Position numbers and translations under genes: made by a program. From contig DAHWKL010000001.1 in the NCBI GenBank assembly GCA_027343665.1, positions 313,294 to 377,293 of the forward strand: a DNA stretch of 64,000 nt, in the 5' to 3' direction. The first letter of the stretch is position 1, and each line of letters opens with the position of its first letter. The notes under the pieces are model-generated. The model was not told the origin of the DNA, ran no database searches, and saw nothing but the letters and a program-made list of their open reading frames with translations. Origin of the DNA: an archaeon (GTDB lineage: Archaea; Nanobdellota; Nanobdellia; Pacearchaeales; GW2011-AR1). Below, in pieces: positions 51,579-61,571 of this stretch.

Positions 51579-51670
51579 TTCTTGTAATTTTATCCATAAG
51601 CCAATCCCAACTTCTTTAGTCGGGACCTTCAGGGCAAGTTTTATAATTCTGTATTTTCTACCTGAGCCAT

Positions 51671-51763
51671 GCCTGCATAGCTCAGTTGGCAGAGCGATTG
51701 CTTCGTAAGTGATATTTTCACAGGAAGAGCAATAGGTCGGGAGTTCGACTCTCCCTGCAGGCT
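51671..51763 (+). tRNA. tRNA-Thr(CGT) with a 20-nt intron (51708-51727) at position 37/38
   Basis: ATTGC-TT-CGT-A[AGTGATATTTTCACAGGAAG]A-GCAAT; GCCTGCA/TGCAGGC acceptor. Confidence 0.9.
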
Positions 51764-51810
51764 TTTACAATTCCCTAAATATTTATAACTCAGTTCCAAT
51801 TTTTTAACGG

Positions 51811-53754
51811 ATGGCATGGAACCTCTATGACAAGGGAAAATTTCTGAAACCACTTTGTTTCTCCAATGGTAAAAGCCAGGAAGATGTTGTCGAGGAAGTT
51901 TTGAAACTTATAGATGGGGGAAAACGCGTGATATTCATACACGGAGTGTGCGGGACGGGAAAATCCGCGATCGCACTCAATCTTGCAAGTAAGATAGGAA
52001 AAACTTCTATAGTTGTCCCTGGAAAAACTCTCCAGGCACAGTACAAAAAAGACTATGAAGGCGAGAAATACCTTCTAAAACAAGATGGGAAAAAACTTAA
52101 GATAAGTGTAATAACCGGCAGGAATAACCATCCCTGCAAGTTCCTTCAGGATAACAAAGACGCGATCCCAAAAATAAAAAGAGAGATAAACGCAAAACTT
52201 AATGATATCTTCTCCGGTGTCATGAGAGAGAGAAAAGAAAATGAAAAAGAAAATATGTCAGCAGCAAATCCTGAACTCCCGTGTGATATCGACATAAGGG
52301 AAAAAAACTGGCTCAAAATAAAAGAATACCTTAAACAGAACAAAAAAATCGACATAAGAAATTTCTCATCGGTGAAAGATGTGAAAAGATTAAGCATCGC
52401 GCCGGTATGCCCTTATTGGAGCCCCGTCCTTCCTGAAAGGTATGAGATAAAAAATATGGCGGATTCAAAACAAAGGAAATATGAAGGACTCGACGGAATG
52501 GTTTTCATCCAGTATAAAAGAAAACCGGGCTGCCCATTCTACGAGCAATTTGATTCTTATATAGATTCTGATGTGATAGTGTTCAACTCATTAAAATACA
52601 AACTTGAGACAGCTCTTTTGAGAAAGCCCAGGACAGAAGTCGAAATCATAGATGAATGCGATGAATTCCTAGACAGTTTTTCTAACGAAAGAACAATAAA
52701 TTTTGACAGGTTGCAAAGCGCGCTCATACATGCATTGGGTGCTGGTGAAGGCGAGCAGGATATGATCGAGGAATTATTAGAACTAATCACACATCTTGGT
52801 AGAGATGAGAGAATCGGAGACGCAATAAGAGCAGGGGAGATAATCCCCCTGAAGTCAACCGGGATATATGACATAATCAAGATATTCATAAAAGAGGAAT
52901 GGTTAAAATCCATAGACGATGAAAGCTACATTTTTGACGTCTTAGAAACCTCAAAGATGTTCATGGAATTTTTGGATGAAAGCTATGTGCTCTTCACAAA
53001 AAAGGAGAGAGGAATAAATGCGGAAATCGTGACGACAAATCTTGCAAAAAAATTCAAACAGTTAGTCGAGAAAAATAAAGTTATAGTTCTCATGTCAGGA
53101 ACACTCCATTCGGATGAAGTTCTGAAAAATATCTTCGGACTTACTAATTTTGATAAAGTCGATGCAGAAACGCAAAGCCAGGGGAAAGTTATTGTGAAAA
53201 GCACAGGTCTTGAGATGGATTGTAAATATTCCAATTTCTCTTCCGAAAAATTCACCCGGGAGGATTACTTAAAAGCACTTGATAAATGTATAAAGGAAGC
53301 TCCAAGACCAACTCTCGTCCATGTGAATGCATTTTTGGATCTTCCGTCTGAAAGTGAGATAAGAGAATTCGAAATTGAAAACTTACCATCAAGAGATAAG
53401 ATAAAAGAAATCCAGGAAGAGGACAAAAAAGGCAGACTTACACAGGAGTTTAAGGATGGAAAAAGAGAAATACTTTTCTCGACACGTGATTCACGGGGGG
53501 TTGATTTTCCGGGAGAACAATGCAGAGGAATAGTCTTCACAAAATATCCAAACCCAAATGTTCAGGATCCATTTTGGAAAATCCTCATGAAAACAAAACC
53601 TGAAAGCTATTGGAATTTCTATCGCGACAAAGCCAAGAGGGAATTTCTTCAGAAAATATACAGAGGAATCAGATTCAAGGAAGATTATATAACTTTGATG
53701 AGCCCTGATACAAGAGTCTTGGAGATGGCAGAGAGAGAATTTGGAGAGAGATAA
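51811..53754 (+). CDS. SF2 helicase, XPD/DinG-like
   Basis: GVCGTGKS, LQAQY, GRNNHPC, CPY/CPF cysteines, IIDECD, MSGT, RGVDFPG, KYPNP, YRGIR. Confidence 0.88.
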   Translation: MAWNLYDKGKFLKPLCFSNGKSQEDVVEEVLKLIDGGKRVIFIHGVCGTGKSAIALNLASKIGKTSIVVPGKTLQAQYKKDYEGEKYLLKQDGKKLKISVITGRNNHPCKFLQDNKDAIPKIKREINAKLNDIFSGVMRERKENEKENMSAANPELPCDIDIREKNWLKIKEYLKQNKKIDIRNFSSVKDVKRLSIAPVCPYWSPVLPERYEIKNMADSKQRKYEGLDGMVFIQYKRKPGCPFYEQFDSYIDSDVIVFNSLKYKLETALLRKPRTEVEIIDECDEFLDSFSNERTINFDRLQSALIHALGAGEGEQDMIEELLELITHLGRDERIGDAIRAGEIIPLKSTGIYDIIKIFIKEEWLKSIDDESYIFDVLETSKMFMEFLDESYVLFTKKERGINAEIVTTNLAKKFKQLVEKNKVIVLMSGTLHSDEVLKNIFGLTNFDKVDAETQSQGKVIVKSTGLEMDCKYSNFSSEKFTREDYLKALDKCIKEAPRPTLVHVNAFLDLPSESEIREFEIENLPSRDKIKEIQEEDKKGRLTQEFKDGKREILFSTRDSRGVDFPGEQCRGIVFTKYPNPNVQDPFWKILMKTKPESYWNFYRDKAKREFLQKIYRGIRFKEDYITLMSPDTRVLEMAEREFGER

Positions 53755-53755
53755 A

Positions 53756-53835
53756 CGCCCCCGCCAGGAATCGAACCTGGAAGCCCAAAGGGCCCGGATC
53801 TCAAGTCCGGTGCAATACCATTATGCGACGGAGGC
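53756..53835 (-). tRNA. tRNA-Ser(TGA)
   Basis: CCGGA-CT-TGA-GA-TCCGG, long variable arm, G discriminator. Confidence 0.93.
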
Positions 53836-53888
53836 TTTATTTAAATAATAAGTACCAAGAACTGTTTTAAAGATTTCTGTTTGCCAGT

Positions 53889-55262
53889 TCAGACTCTTTT
53901 TGCCCCAATGCCCTGCTGCATTTCTCTTGAAACAAGCCCAGTGAAAAATGCCCTTATCTCCTCTTTCCTGAAATCCGAAACTTTTTCTTTAGTTTCCTTT
54001 AATTTTCCGACAAAGGATTGAACAATCATAAACCTTAAAATTGCGCTCAGGAAGAAAACTATTAGAAATGCAGAAAATCCGAGTATGAATCCTTCTTCGG
54101 AGATAAATCCCCCTATAAGAGCTCCGAAAAATGATCCGATTGAGACCAATATACTCATATATGAACTGCAAAGTGCAAGCCTTTCCTTTGTCACAGCATA
54201 ATATGCAAAAGTTCCGGTGGACAGATCAAAACCCGCCCATATAAACCCGGAAAAGAATTCCACCATAAAGAGATATACAACAAGGATGAATTTCGAATAC
54301 GAAAACAAGGGTGAAAAAACCCATAAAAGAGGCACTAAAAAGATGAAAAATCCACAAAGCTTTATTGTATTTATACTACCAAACTTATCGGCAAACCTTC
54401 CCCAAAAGGGCTGAAAGAGCATATTTGAGATTATTGAACTTGCTATTATCAAAGTGTATGCAATATAACCAAAATGAAGCCCTTCGAGCATATAAACCGC
54501 AAAAAATGGCGATGCAACTGCGGTAGCAAAAGTGACAAGAGATGAGAAAATCACAAATTTCCCAAAATTATTTTTTGGCATTTCCCTCACAAATTCAAAA
54601 AAACTGAAATAATACCCTTCCTTTACATTGAACTTCGGTTCATAATGCTTTGAAAGGAAATAAGCTGAAAATCCCCTTCCCAAAAAAGCTATAAGGAAGA
54701 GTATAGAAAATCCGAAAAAGAGATTCCCCGTGCTTCCGTTCAGAATTTCTCCTGCAATTAGAAGGCTCATGAGGCTTACAACCCCGACAATGCCGTTTCT
54801 TTTACCAAAATATGAAGCAGAATTCTTGGGAATTAATTCCCTCATCCATGAGACCCATGCGGGACCCGCAAATGATCCTGCAGAAACAAGGATTGTATAA
54901 GAAATTATTACAAGAACCGATGAGAAAAAGAGATTCAACCCTGAAAAAAGGTATAATGCGCTAACGCCTATAAGCGGGATCCACATAAATGCTTGTATGA
55001 TTACACCCTGGAGGACAATCTTCTTTCTGCTCTTCTTCTCCATCAGTTTTAAGCTTTTTATCTGAAGAAGACTTCCTACGAGAGCAGGTACAGAACTTAA
55101 GATCCCTATGAAAACATCCGGAAGATTCATGAAAACAGCATAAGGGGTGATATACCTTGAACCGAACCCGTCCATAAAACTGTAAGAAGCTCCATCAAGA
55201 ATACTGTATTTCAAAGATTTTTCCTTAAGAGCATTTATTTGAGAATCAACCATCTCTTCCAT
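53889..55262 (-). CDS. MFS transporter
   Basis: About 12 TM helices; WGRFADKFG motif. Confidence 0.9.
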   Translation of the reverse strand: MEEMVDSQINALKEKSLKYSILDGASYSFMDGFGSRYITPYAVFMNLPDVFIGILSSVPALVGSLLQIKSLKLMEKKSRKKIVLQGVIIQAFMWIPLIGVSALYLFSGLNLFFSSVLVIISYTILVSAGSFAGPAWVSWMRELIPKNSASYFGKRNGIVGVVSLMSLLIAGEILNGSTGNLFFGFSILFLIAFLGRGFSAYFLSKHYEPKFNVKEGYYFSFFEFVREMPKNNFGKFVIFSSLVTFATAVASPFFAVYMLEGLHFGYIAYTLIIASSIISNMLFQPFWGRFADKFGSINTIKLCGFFIFLVPLLWVFSPLFSYSKFILVVYLFMVEFFSGFIWAGFDLSTGTFAYYAVTKERLALCSSYMSILVSIGSFFGALIGGFISEEGFILGFSAFLIVFFLSAILRFMIVQSFVGKLKETKEKVSDFRKEEIRAFFTGLVSREMQQGIGAKRV

Positions 55263-55306
55263 AAGAAGATGAAATCACTCAATTAATAAAGATTATCTAA
55301 TTGATT

Positions 55307-55600
55307 TCAAAGTCTCTTCCCCTTGAAGAAGAATTTTACCTTTTCCCAAAAGGTCATCGGCTTGAGCTTGATGGGCTCGTTGTTTTCATTGAATAATTCG
55401 TATTTTATGACGGGCTTTTCCTTAAGAATTGGCGCAGTTTTTGCTATCTCTTTATGCGCTTCAATCAAAGCCTGATCAATTGCCGCCCTTGAGTAACCCT
55501 GGTTCATCAAAGCAAATTTCAGAGAATCCTCCGTATAATTCTTGGAAAGGTTTTTCAGGAAGTAATCCACAAGTTCACGTTTATGATCAAGTCTTCTCAT
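55307..55600 (-). CDS. Small hypothetical protein (helical domain plus amphipathic C-terminus)
   Basis: LVDYFLKNLSKNYTEDSLKFALMNQGYS; TFWEKVKFFF. Confidence 0.7.
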   Translation of the reverse strand: MRRLDHKRELVDYFLKNLSKNYTEDSLKFALMNQGYSRAAIDQALIEAHKEIAKTAPILKEKPVIKYELFNENNEPIKLKPMTFWEKVKFFFKGKRL

Positions 55601-55688
55601 ATCTTTCAGAAAGTAAATGAAGTTTAAAAATTTTCTTGAAGAAGCAGTACAAGAAAAGATTTATAAGATAAATTAATTTTTTGAAGTG

Positions 55689-56390
55689 ATGAATTTCATA
55701 GAGAAGATTGTACAAAAAAAAGTCGATGATCCTGTGCATCTTCAGTTCCAAAAATTCAGCAAAGGAATTTTCAAAAATCGCGCCCTGATAAACGCAAAAA
55801 AATCAAAAGATAAATACACAATCACAACGGGCCCTGAATTTGCCAATGAGCTAGTAAAAGCTATTGCTGAGAAGCTCGGAAATGAAAAGACAAATGTCAC
55901 GGGAGCAATTGTCTCGACCTCAGATCTCACGGGAAAGGTCGAGTTTAAAGAGAAAAAACAATTCCAGGGAGTTAAACGCTATTTAGTAGATACAGAAATG
56001 TCTGGTGAAGAGATAATAAGACTTTTAGAAGAGTTTCCAAGGGTATTTTTTGCGCTTACTTTCAGCGCAGGAGATAATAATTCCATCAAGATAAAAGCCA
56101 AAGCCCCAAAATCCGGGAAACCTGGAAAAGGTGATGAAGAACCAAAAGCTGACTTTTGCAAGTTGGTTACAAATGATCCAAAACTGGGAGCGGGATTTGT
56201 TTTCGAGAAGAATGAATTTAAGTCGGCAGAGATAAAACATGATTTTGTCATTGAAAAAATAATTATCCCAGAGAACGGAGAAAAAGACTTTGCCAAACTC
56301 AGAGAGATCGCAAAAAGGTCAGGCAAAATTGTCAGATACTCGGACATTGACGGCACAAAAACGACAAAAGAGTATCCTTTTGAAGCCTGA
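55689..56390 (+). CDS. Hypothetical protein
   Basis: Long Lys-rich ORF with upstream TTTATAA. Confidence 0.75.
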   Translation: MNFIEKIVQKKVDDPVHLQFQKFSKGIFKNRALINAKKSKDKYTITTGPEFANELVKAIAEKLGNEKTNVTGAIVSTSDLTGKVEFKEKKQFQGVKRYLVDTEMSGEEIIRLLEEFPRVFFALTFSAGDNNSIKIKAKAPKSGKPGKGDEEPKADFCKLVTNDPKLGAGFVFEKNEFKSAEIKHDFVIEKIIIPENGEKDFAKLREIAKRSGKIVRYSDIDGTKTTKEYPFEA

Positions 56391-56443
56391 AACATCTTTT
56401 CCAGATTGATAAAATTAATAAATGATTTTTTTAGCTAAGAGAT

Positions 56444-56782
56444 ATGCTATTTGTGGGGGAAAAACGAAGCAAACTGGCCAAGAAGATGAAAGTGACCTGG
56501 AAAGACGGGAGACTTGCCGCAAAACAGCTTTTTGATGCATTAAAATATTGCGGGATAGATCCGAAAGATGTTGAGTTCAGGAATTATTTCGAAAAAGACG
56601 GGCCTACTTTTGTTAAAAGTTACAACGGGCCAATAATTGCCATGGGAGATAAAGTTAGCAAGGCTCTTAGAATGGCAGGGATAGAACATTATTTTATATA
56701 TCATCCTGCAGCAAGAGGTACGATAAGGAAGAAAGAGATTTATTGTGAGCATGTGAAAACAAATCTCGCTGACCTTTTGTAA
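56444..56782 (+). CDS. Minimal uracil-DNA glycosylase superfamily-like protein
   Basis: LFVGE, L..AL...GI, IIAMG, IYHPAA motifs in UDG order. Confidence 0.6.
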   Translation: MLFVGEKRSKLAKKMKVTWKDGRLAAKQLFDALKYCGIDPKDVEFRNYFEKDGPTFVKSYNGPIIAMGDKVSKALRMAGIEHYFIYHPAARGTIRKKEIYCEHVKTNLADLL

Positions 56783-56868
56783 CCCCAAAGCTTTATAAAT
56801 CAACTTTTTCTTTAAATTCCATTCCAGGGTAAGTAAAATGATAATCCGCTATTTAGAAATAGAAGAAA

Positions 56869-57807
56869 ATGCCAACGAGAAAATCACCAAGGAAAGGAAG
56901 CTTACAGTTTTGGCCAAGGAAGAGGGCCGAAAAATTCTTACCCAGTGTTAACTGGAGTGCGATAAAATCTGATTCTAAAAAAATTCTCAAGGGGTTCATA
57001 GGTTATAAAGCCGGGATGACTTCTATAACTGTTAAAGACATTACACCAAATTCTCTTACAAAAGACAAAAAAATTGTCCAGCCCGTCACAATAATTGAAT
57101 GCCCTCCAATGAAAATCTTGTCGGTAAGATTTTATAAAAATGGAAAAGTTGCGACTGAAGTTCTTTCTGAAAGCACTGAAAAAGAGCTTAGGAAAAAAGT
57201 AAAACTTCCAAAAAAAACTAAGAAGATTGAGGATGTGAAAAAAGATGATTTTGATGACATAAAGATTATTGCTTATTCAGAAGCAAAAAAGACTGAGATA
57301 AAAAAAACACCTGATATTTCTGAGATAGGGCTTTCAGGAAGTTACGATGAAAAGTTCAATTTCGCAAAAGAGAATGTGGGTAAGGAGATTTCTATTCTTG
57401 GAAACTTCGACAAAGGAGAACTTGTAGATATAAGAGGAATAACAAAAGGAAAAGGGTTCCAAGGACCAGTTAAAAGATTCGGACTTAACTTGAAAGTCCA
57501 CAAGACTGAAAAAGGCGTCAGAAGACCTGGTTCAATAGGACCATGGAATCCTTCAAGAACAACTTTCAGAGCTCCTATGGCCGGGCAAATCGGACTTTTC
57601 ACAAGAGTTGTTTACAACAGCAAGATTATCGACGCGGGGAAGAGTGAAGGAAAATTCTCCAACCTTAAAAATTACGGCAAGGTAAACACAGATTATATTC
57701 TCGTGAGAGGATCTGTACAAGGACCCGCGAAAAGACAACTTCTTTTGACAAGAGCGTTAAGAGAAACAAAAAAACAAAAGAAAAAGGAATATGAACTGTT
57801 AAACTAA
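56869..57807 (+). CDS. rpl3: 50S ribosomal protein L3
   Basis: PRKGSLQFWPRKRA, GYKAGMT, KGKGFQGPVKRFG. Confidence 0.98.
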   Translation: MPTRKSPRKGSLQFWPRKRAEKFLPSVNWSAIKSDSKKILKGFIGYKAGMTSITVKDITPNSLTKDKKIVQPVTIIECPPMKILSVRFYKNGKVATEVLSESTEKELRKKVKLPKKTKKIEDVKKDDFDDIKIIAYSEAKKTEIKKTPDISEIGLSGSYDEKFNFAKENVGKEISILGNFDKGELVDIRGITKGKGFQGPVKRFGLNLKVHKTEKGVRRPGSIGPWNPSRTTFRAPMAGQIGLFTRVVYNSKIIDAGKSEGKFSNLKNYGKVNTDYILVRGSVQGPAKRQLLLTRALRETKKQKKKEYELLN

Positions 57808-57808
57808 G

Positions 57809-58678
57809 ATGAAAACAACATTGTATTCAACAGATGGAAAGAAGCTTAAGCAGATTGAAGCTCCTGAATTTTTCAGCGCAAATGTAAGGACAGACCTTAT
57901 ACAAAAAATAACAGAATCTCTGAAAAAAAGACAGCCATATGCTCCAAATCCTCTTGCGGGGAACAATTACTCTGCAAGCGGGAAACTAAAACACCACAGA
58001 CATGTGTGGAAAAGCCAGTATGGAAGAGGGATATCCAGAGTCCCAAGAAAGATTATGTCAAGAAAAGGTTCACAGTTTGACTGGGTGGCTGCGACAGTTC
58101 CAAATGCAAGAGGCGGAAGAAGAGCGCATCCTCCTAAGATAATCTCTATGATAGAATCTGGCAAGATAAACAAGAAAGAACTCAAGCTTGCGGAAATGTC
58201 TGCTTTGAGCGCGACAGCATCAGAGAAATGGATAACAAAAAGATACAGCTCACTGGCAGGTGAGAAGATAGACCAGCTTCCTTTCATTATAGAGTCAAAA
58301 GTTTCGGGGATCAAGGCAAAAGAACTTCTTAATGGAATTAAAACAATTTTTGGAGAGAAAATCTTCACAGTGGCCATTCAAAAGAAAGACCTAAGGAATG
58401 GAAAAGGGAAACTCAGAGGAAGAAGATACAAAAAAAGTGCGGGGCTTTTGATAGTCCTCGGAAAAGATGAGAAATTAAAAACGACAGCATTCGACACTGC
58501 AGAGGCAAGGACTCTTTCGGTTACTGACCTTGCAAGCGGCGGTCCTGGAAGGCTAACTTTATACACAGAAAAAGCGATGGAGGATCTGGGAAAAAGGTTT
58601 GATGAAAGGGAAGAAAACAAAGGGGATGATAAATCAAATATAAAAAAGCAGGCAAGAACCAAGGAGAATAAGAAATGA
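57809..58678 (+). CDS. rpl4: 50S ribosomal protein L4
   Basis: GRGISRVPR, RGGRRAHPPK, PGRLTLYT. Confidence 0.97.
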   Translation: MKTTLYSTDGKKLKQIEAPEFFSANVRTDLIQKITESLKKRQPYAPNPLAGNNYSASGKLKHHRHVWKSQYGRGISRVPRKIMSRKGSQFDWVAATVPNARGGRRAHPPKIISMIESGKINKKELKLAEMSALSATASEKWITKRYSSLAGEKIDQLPFIIESKVSGIKAKELLNGIKTIFGEKIFTVAIQKKDLRNGKGKLRGRRYKKSAGLLIVLGKDEKLKTTAFDTAEARTLSVTDLASGGPGRLTLYTEKAMEDLGKRFDEREENKGDDKSNIKKQARTKENKK

Positions 58679-58950
58679 AAGACAAAAAACAAGTAACACT
58701 GAACGGAACAACATTAAGACCAGTCATGACTGAAAAAGCAGTGATGATGATTGAAAGGGATAATCTTCTAGTCTTTCAGGATTCAATGAAAAAAACAAAA
58801 GATGAAATAAAAAAAGATATAGAGGAAGTATTTGATATAAAAGTACAAGGTATAAGAACCCTTATCAGGAAAAATAAAAAATATGCTTATGTTAAACTTA
58901 AAGGAGATGCTCTTGCAATAGATGTTGCAACGAAACTTGGATTGATGTAA
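58675..58950 (+). CDS. rpl23: 50S ribosomal protein L23
   Basis: PVMTEKA, KYAYVKL, ATKLGLM. Confidence 0.96.
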   Translation: MKDKKQVTLNGTTLRPVMTEKAVMMIERDNLLVFQDSMKKTKDEIKKDIEEVFDIKVQGIRTLIRKNKKYAYVKLKGDALAIDVATKLGLM

Positions 58951-58951
58951 A

Positions 58952-59647
58952 ATGGGAAAAACAATAATACAACAGGCTAGAGGGAAGGGAAGTTCAACTT
59001 ACAGAGTCAGCAGGGCTGTTTTCAGGTACCAACTCAAAATTCCTAAAAATCTCGAGGGGGAAGGAAAGGTTATAAGATTTATTGACTCAGGGGCGCACAC
59101 ATGCCCAGTTGCAAAGATACTTTGGGGAAATGAAGTTTTTTATATCCCAGCATTCAAAAACATGATAGAAGGACAGAAAATTTCTTTTGGTAATGAAGTA
59201 AAAGACGGAAATATTTTAAAACTAAAAGACCTGCCTGTGAAAACAAAAGTTTACCTTGTAGAGTCAAAACCTGGAGACGGCGGAAAATACATAAGAAGCG
59301 GCGGGACTTACGCAACAGTCTCAAGGAACTCGGAGAATGAAGTTGTTCTTCTCATGCCCTCAAAAGAAGATAAAAAATTCAACCCAAATGTGAGGGCTGT
59401 CGTGGGGATTATTGCCGGTGCCGGAAGAAAAGAAAAACCGATACTCAAGGCCGGGAAAATGTTCCACATAAAAAAGACGAAGAGTAAACTCTGGCCAAGA
59501 ACATCAGCAATCAAAGTCAATGCAATAGATCACCCTTTCGGTTCAGGTAGAGGAAAGAATCCTAAATCAAAGATTGCGAAGAGAAACGCGCCACCCGGAG
59601 CTAAGGTCGGTCTTCTCAGACCTAAGAGAACGGGGAAGAGGAAATAA
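58952..59647 (+). CDS. rpl2: 50S ribosomal protein L2
   Basis: MGKTIIQQARGKG, NAIDHPFGSG, PPGAKVG. Confidence 0.97.
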   Translation: MGKTIIQQARGKGSSTYRVSRAVFRYQLKIPKNLEGEGKVIRFIDSGAHTCPVAKILWGNEVFYIPAFKNMIEGQKISFGNEVKDGNILKLKDLPVKTKVYLVESKPGDGGKYIRSGGTYATVSRNSENEVVLLMPSKEDKKFNPNVRAVVGIIAGAGRKEKPILKAGKMFHIKKTKSKLWPRTSAIKVNAIDHPFGSGRGKNPKSKIAKRNAPPGAKVGLLRPKRTGKRK

Positions 59648-59649
59648 AA

Positions 59650-60069
59650 ATGGCAAAAGAAAACGAAACAAGTGAAATCGACTTAAGAAAGAAGGAACAG
59701 ACCTTCAGAGGAAAAACTCTTGAAGAGCTGAAAGCCCTCGATGCCAGAGAATTTGCAAAACTGCTTTCATCAAATAGGAAAAGAAATGTGCTTAGAAATT
59801 TCCAGATGCACGAGAAGTTCCTCAGTATTGTAAAGAAGAAAGGAAAAAAAGCAATAAAGACGCACAAAAGGGAGATGGTTATTCTTCCGGGGCTTGTCGG
59901 GCTAAGGATAAATGTGTATAACGGAAGGGAGTTCGTCCCTGTTGAGGTCAGCTTTGATATGCTTGGTCATAAACTTGGAGAGTTTTCTATGACACGTTTG
60001 AAAGCAAGACACTCAAAAGATGAAAAAGGACAACCAAAAGTAGGACAACCTGCACCGGATAAGAAATAA
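59650..60069 (+). CDS. rps19: 30S ribosomal protein S19
   Basis: KTHKREMVILP, MLGHKLGEFS. Confidence 0.97.
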   Translation: MAKENETSEIDLRKKEQTFRGKTLEELKALDAREFAKLLSSNRKRNVLRNFQMHEKFLSIVKKKGKKAIKTHKREMVILPGLVGLRINVYNGREFVPVEVSFDMLGHKLGEFSMTRLKARHSKDEKGQPKVGQPAPDKK

Positions 60070-60070
60070 A

Positions 60071-60703
60071 ATGGCAAAAACAAACACTGAAAAACCAACG
60101 GGAAAAAATGAAATGAAAAAAACGGTTCCAAAAGCGCCAAAGGGAAAAGCAGCACCTGAAATGAAAAATATGCTTATTCAAAAAGAAGATGAAAAATTAT
60201 CAAACGAGGAAGCCAAAGACGATGCACCAACACAGATTCAAGAGAACAAAGGTATCCAAAAGGAAGAGGTAAGGAAAGAAAAAGTCAAGACAAAGAAAGT
60301 CAAGATGACAGAAACCTCTGTAAGGACAGAAGATGCTTCACTTTCAACAAAAGTTTCCATTGCAATATGCAAGTTCATTGTCGGAAAAAAGATAGAAAAT
60401 GCAATAAAAGATCTCGAAGAGGTCACTAAGCTTAAAAAGGCAGTTCCTATGAAGGGGGAATATGCGCACAGAGAAGGTAAGATGATGTCGGGAGCTTATC
60501 CGGTAAGGGCATCCAAGGAATTTATAATCCTTTTAAAAAGCCTGAAAGCAAACGCGAACAACCATGATCTTGAGAACCCGGTGATAAGTGTAGCTTATGC
60601 AAATAAAGGTTCAAAAGTTTACGCATCGGGTGGAAGGATAAAGAAAAGAACACATGTGACAATAATAGCAAAAGAAAAAAGATTGTTTATGGAGAAAAAA
60701 TAA
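60071..60703 (+). CDS. rpl22: 50S ribosomal protein L22 (N-terminal extension)
   Basis: KKAVPM, GAYPVRAS, THVTI. Confidence 0.93.
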   Translation: MAKTNTEKPTGKNEMKKTVPKAPKGKAAPEMKNMLIQKEDEKLSNEEAKDDAPTQIQENKGIQKEEVRKEKVKTKKVKMTETSVRTEDASLSTKVSIAICKFIVGKKIENAIKDLEEVTKLKKAVPMKGEYAHREGKMMSGAYPVRASKEFIILLKSLKANANNHDLENPVISVAYANKGSKVYASGGRIKKRTHVTIIAKEKRLFMEKK

Positions 60704-60704
60704 A

Positions 60705-61394
60705 ATGGAAGAAAAAAGCACGGTAAAATTCAAGAAAGAAGAATTTGAAATGAGGGAAAAGATAAAAGAAGAAATCGGAAAAGGAAAAGTTTCGAAGGTA
60801 AGAATAGAGTATGCCCCAATAGGAGAAAGGATAATCATCTCAACAAACAAACCCGGACTCATAATCGGAAGGGGCGGAGAGAAAATAGGAGAACTCACGG
60901 AGATGGTAAGGAAAAATTTCAAACTTGAAAATCCCCATATAGAGATAGACGAAATAAAAGATTCTGATATTGATGCACAACTCGTCGCAGATGACTTAGC
61001 CTTAGGACTCGAAAGATTCGGTCCGTTAAAATTCAAAGTCCTGGCTTACAGAGCTCTCCAGAGAATAATGAAAGCTGGCGCTCTTGGATCCGAAATAAGA
61101 CTTACTGGAAAACTTCCAAGCGCAAGAGCGAAATCTTGGAGATTTGCGCAGGGTTATCTTAAAAAAACAGGGGACAGTGCAAATGTCGTTGACAGAGCAA
61201 AAGCATTAGCGTTTACAAAACCAGGGGTTGTCGGAGTGAAAGTCAGTATCTTGCCGCCGAATGCTGTATTGAAAGACAGGATAAAAGTCGATGATAAACT
61301 GATAAATAAACTCATGGAAAATTCGAAAAAAGCTGAAAAAACAGATAAAAAACAAAAGATCAAAGTAAAATCAAAAAATTTAAAGGAAGAATAA
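60705..61394 (+). CDS. rps3: 30S ribosomal protein S3
   Basis: KPGLIIGRGG KH motif, GYLKKTG, GVVGVKV. Confidence 0.97.
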   Translation: MEEKSTVKFKKEEFEMREKIKEEIGKGKVSKVRIEYAPIGERIIISTNKPGLIIGRGGEKIGELTEMVRKNFKLENPHIEIDEIKDSDIDAQLVADDLALGLERFGPLKFKVLAYRALQRIMKAGALGSEIRLTGKLPSARAKSWRFAQGYLKKTGDSANVVDRAKALAFTKPGVVGVKVSILPPNAVLKDRIKVDDKLINKLMENSKKAEKTDKKQKIKVKSKNLKEE

Positions 61395-61395
61395 A

Positions 61396-61569
61396 ATGGC
61401 AGTATTAAAAGTAAAAGAAATAAAAACAATGAGCAAAGAAGACAGAGAGAATAAGTTGAAAGAGCTCAAGCTTGAGCTTGTAAAGTCAAGAGGTAAAGCT
61501 GCACAGGGCGGTAGCCTTAAGACAAGAGAGATAAAGAAAACAATAGCGAGGTTATTAACAATAAAATAA
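61396..61569 (+). CDS. rpl29: 50S ribosomal protein L29
   Basis: Not in ORF track; hand translation MAVLKVKEIKTMS...REIKKTIARLLT. Confidence 0.94.
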   Translation: MAVLKVKEIKTMSKEDRENKLKELKLELVKSRGKAAQGGSLKTREIKKTIARLLTIK

Positions 61570-61571
61570 AT

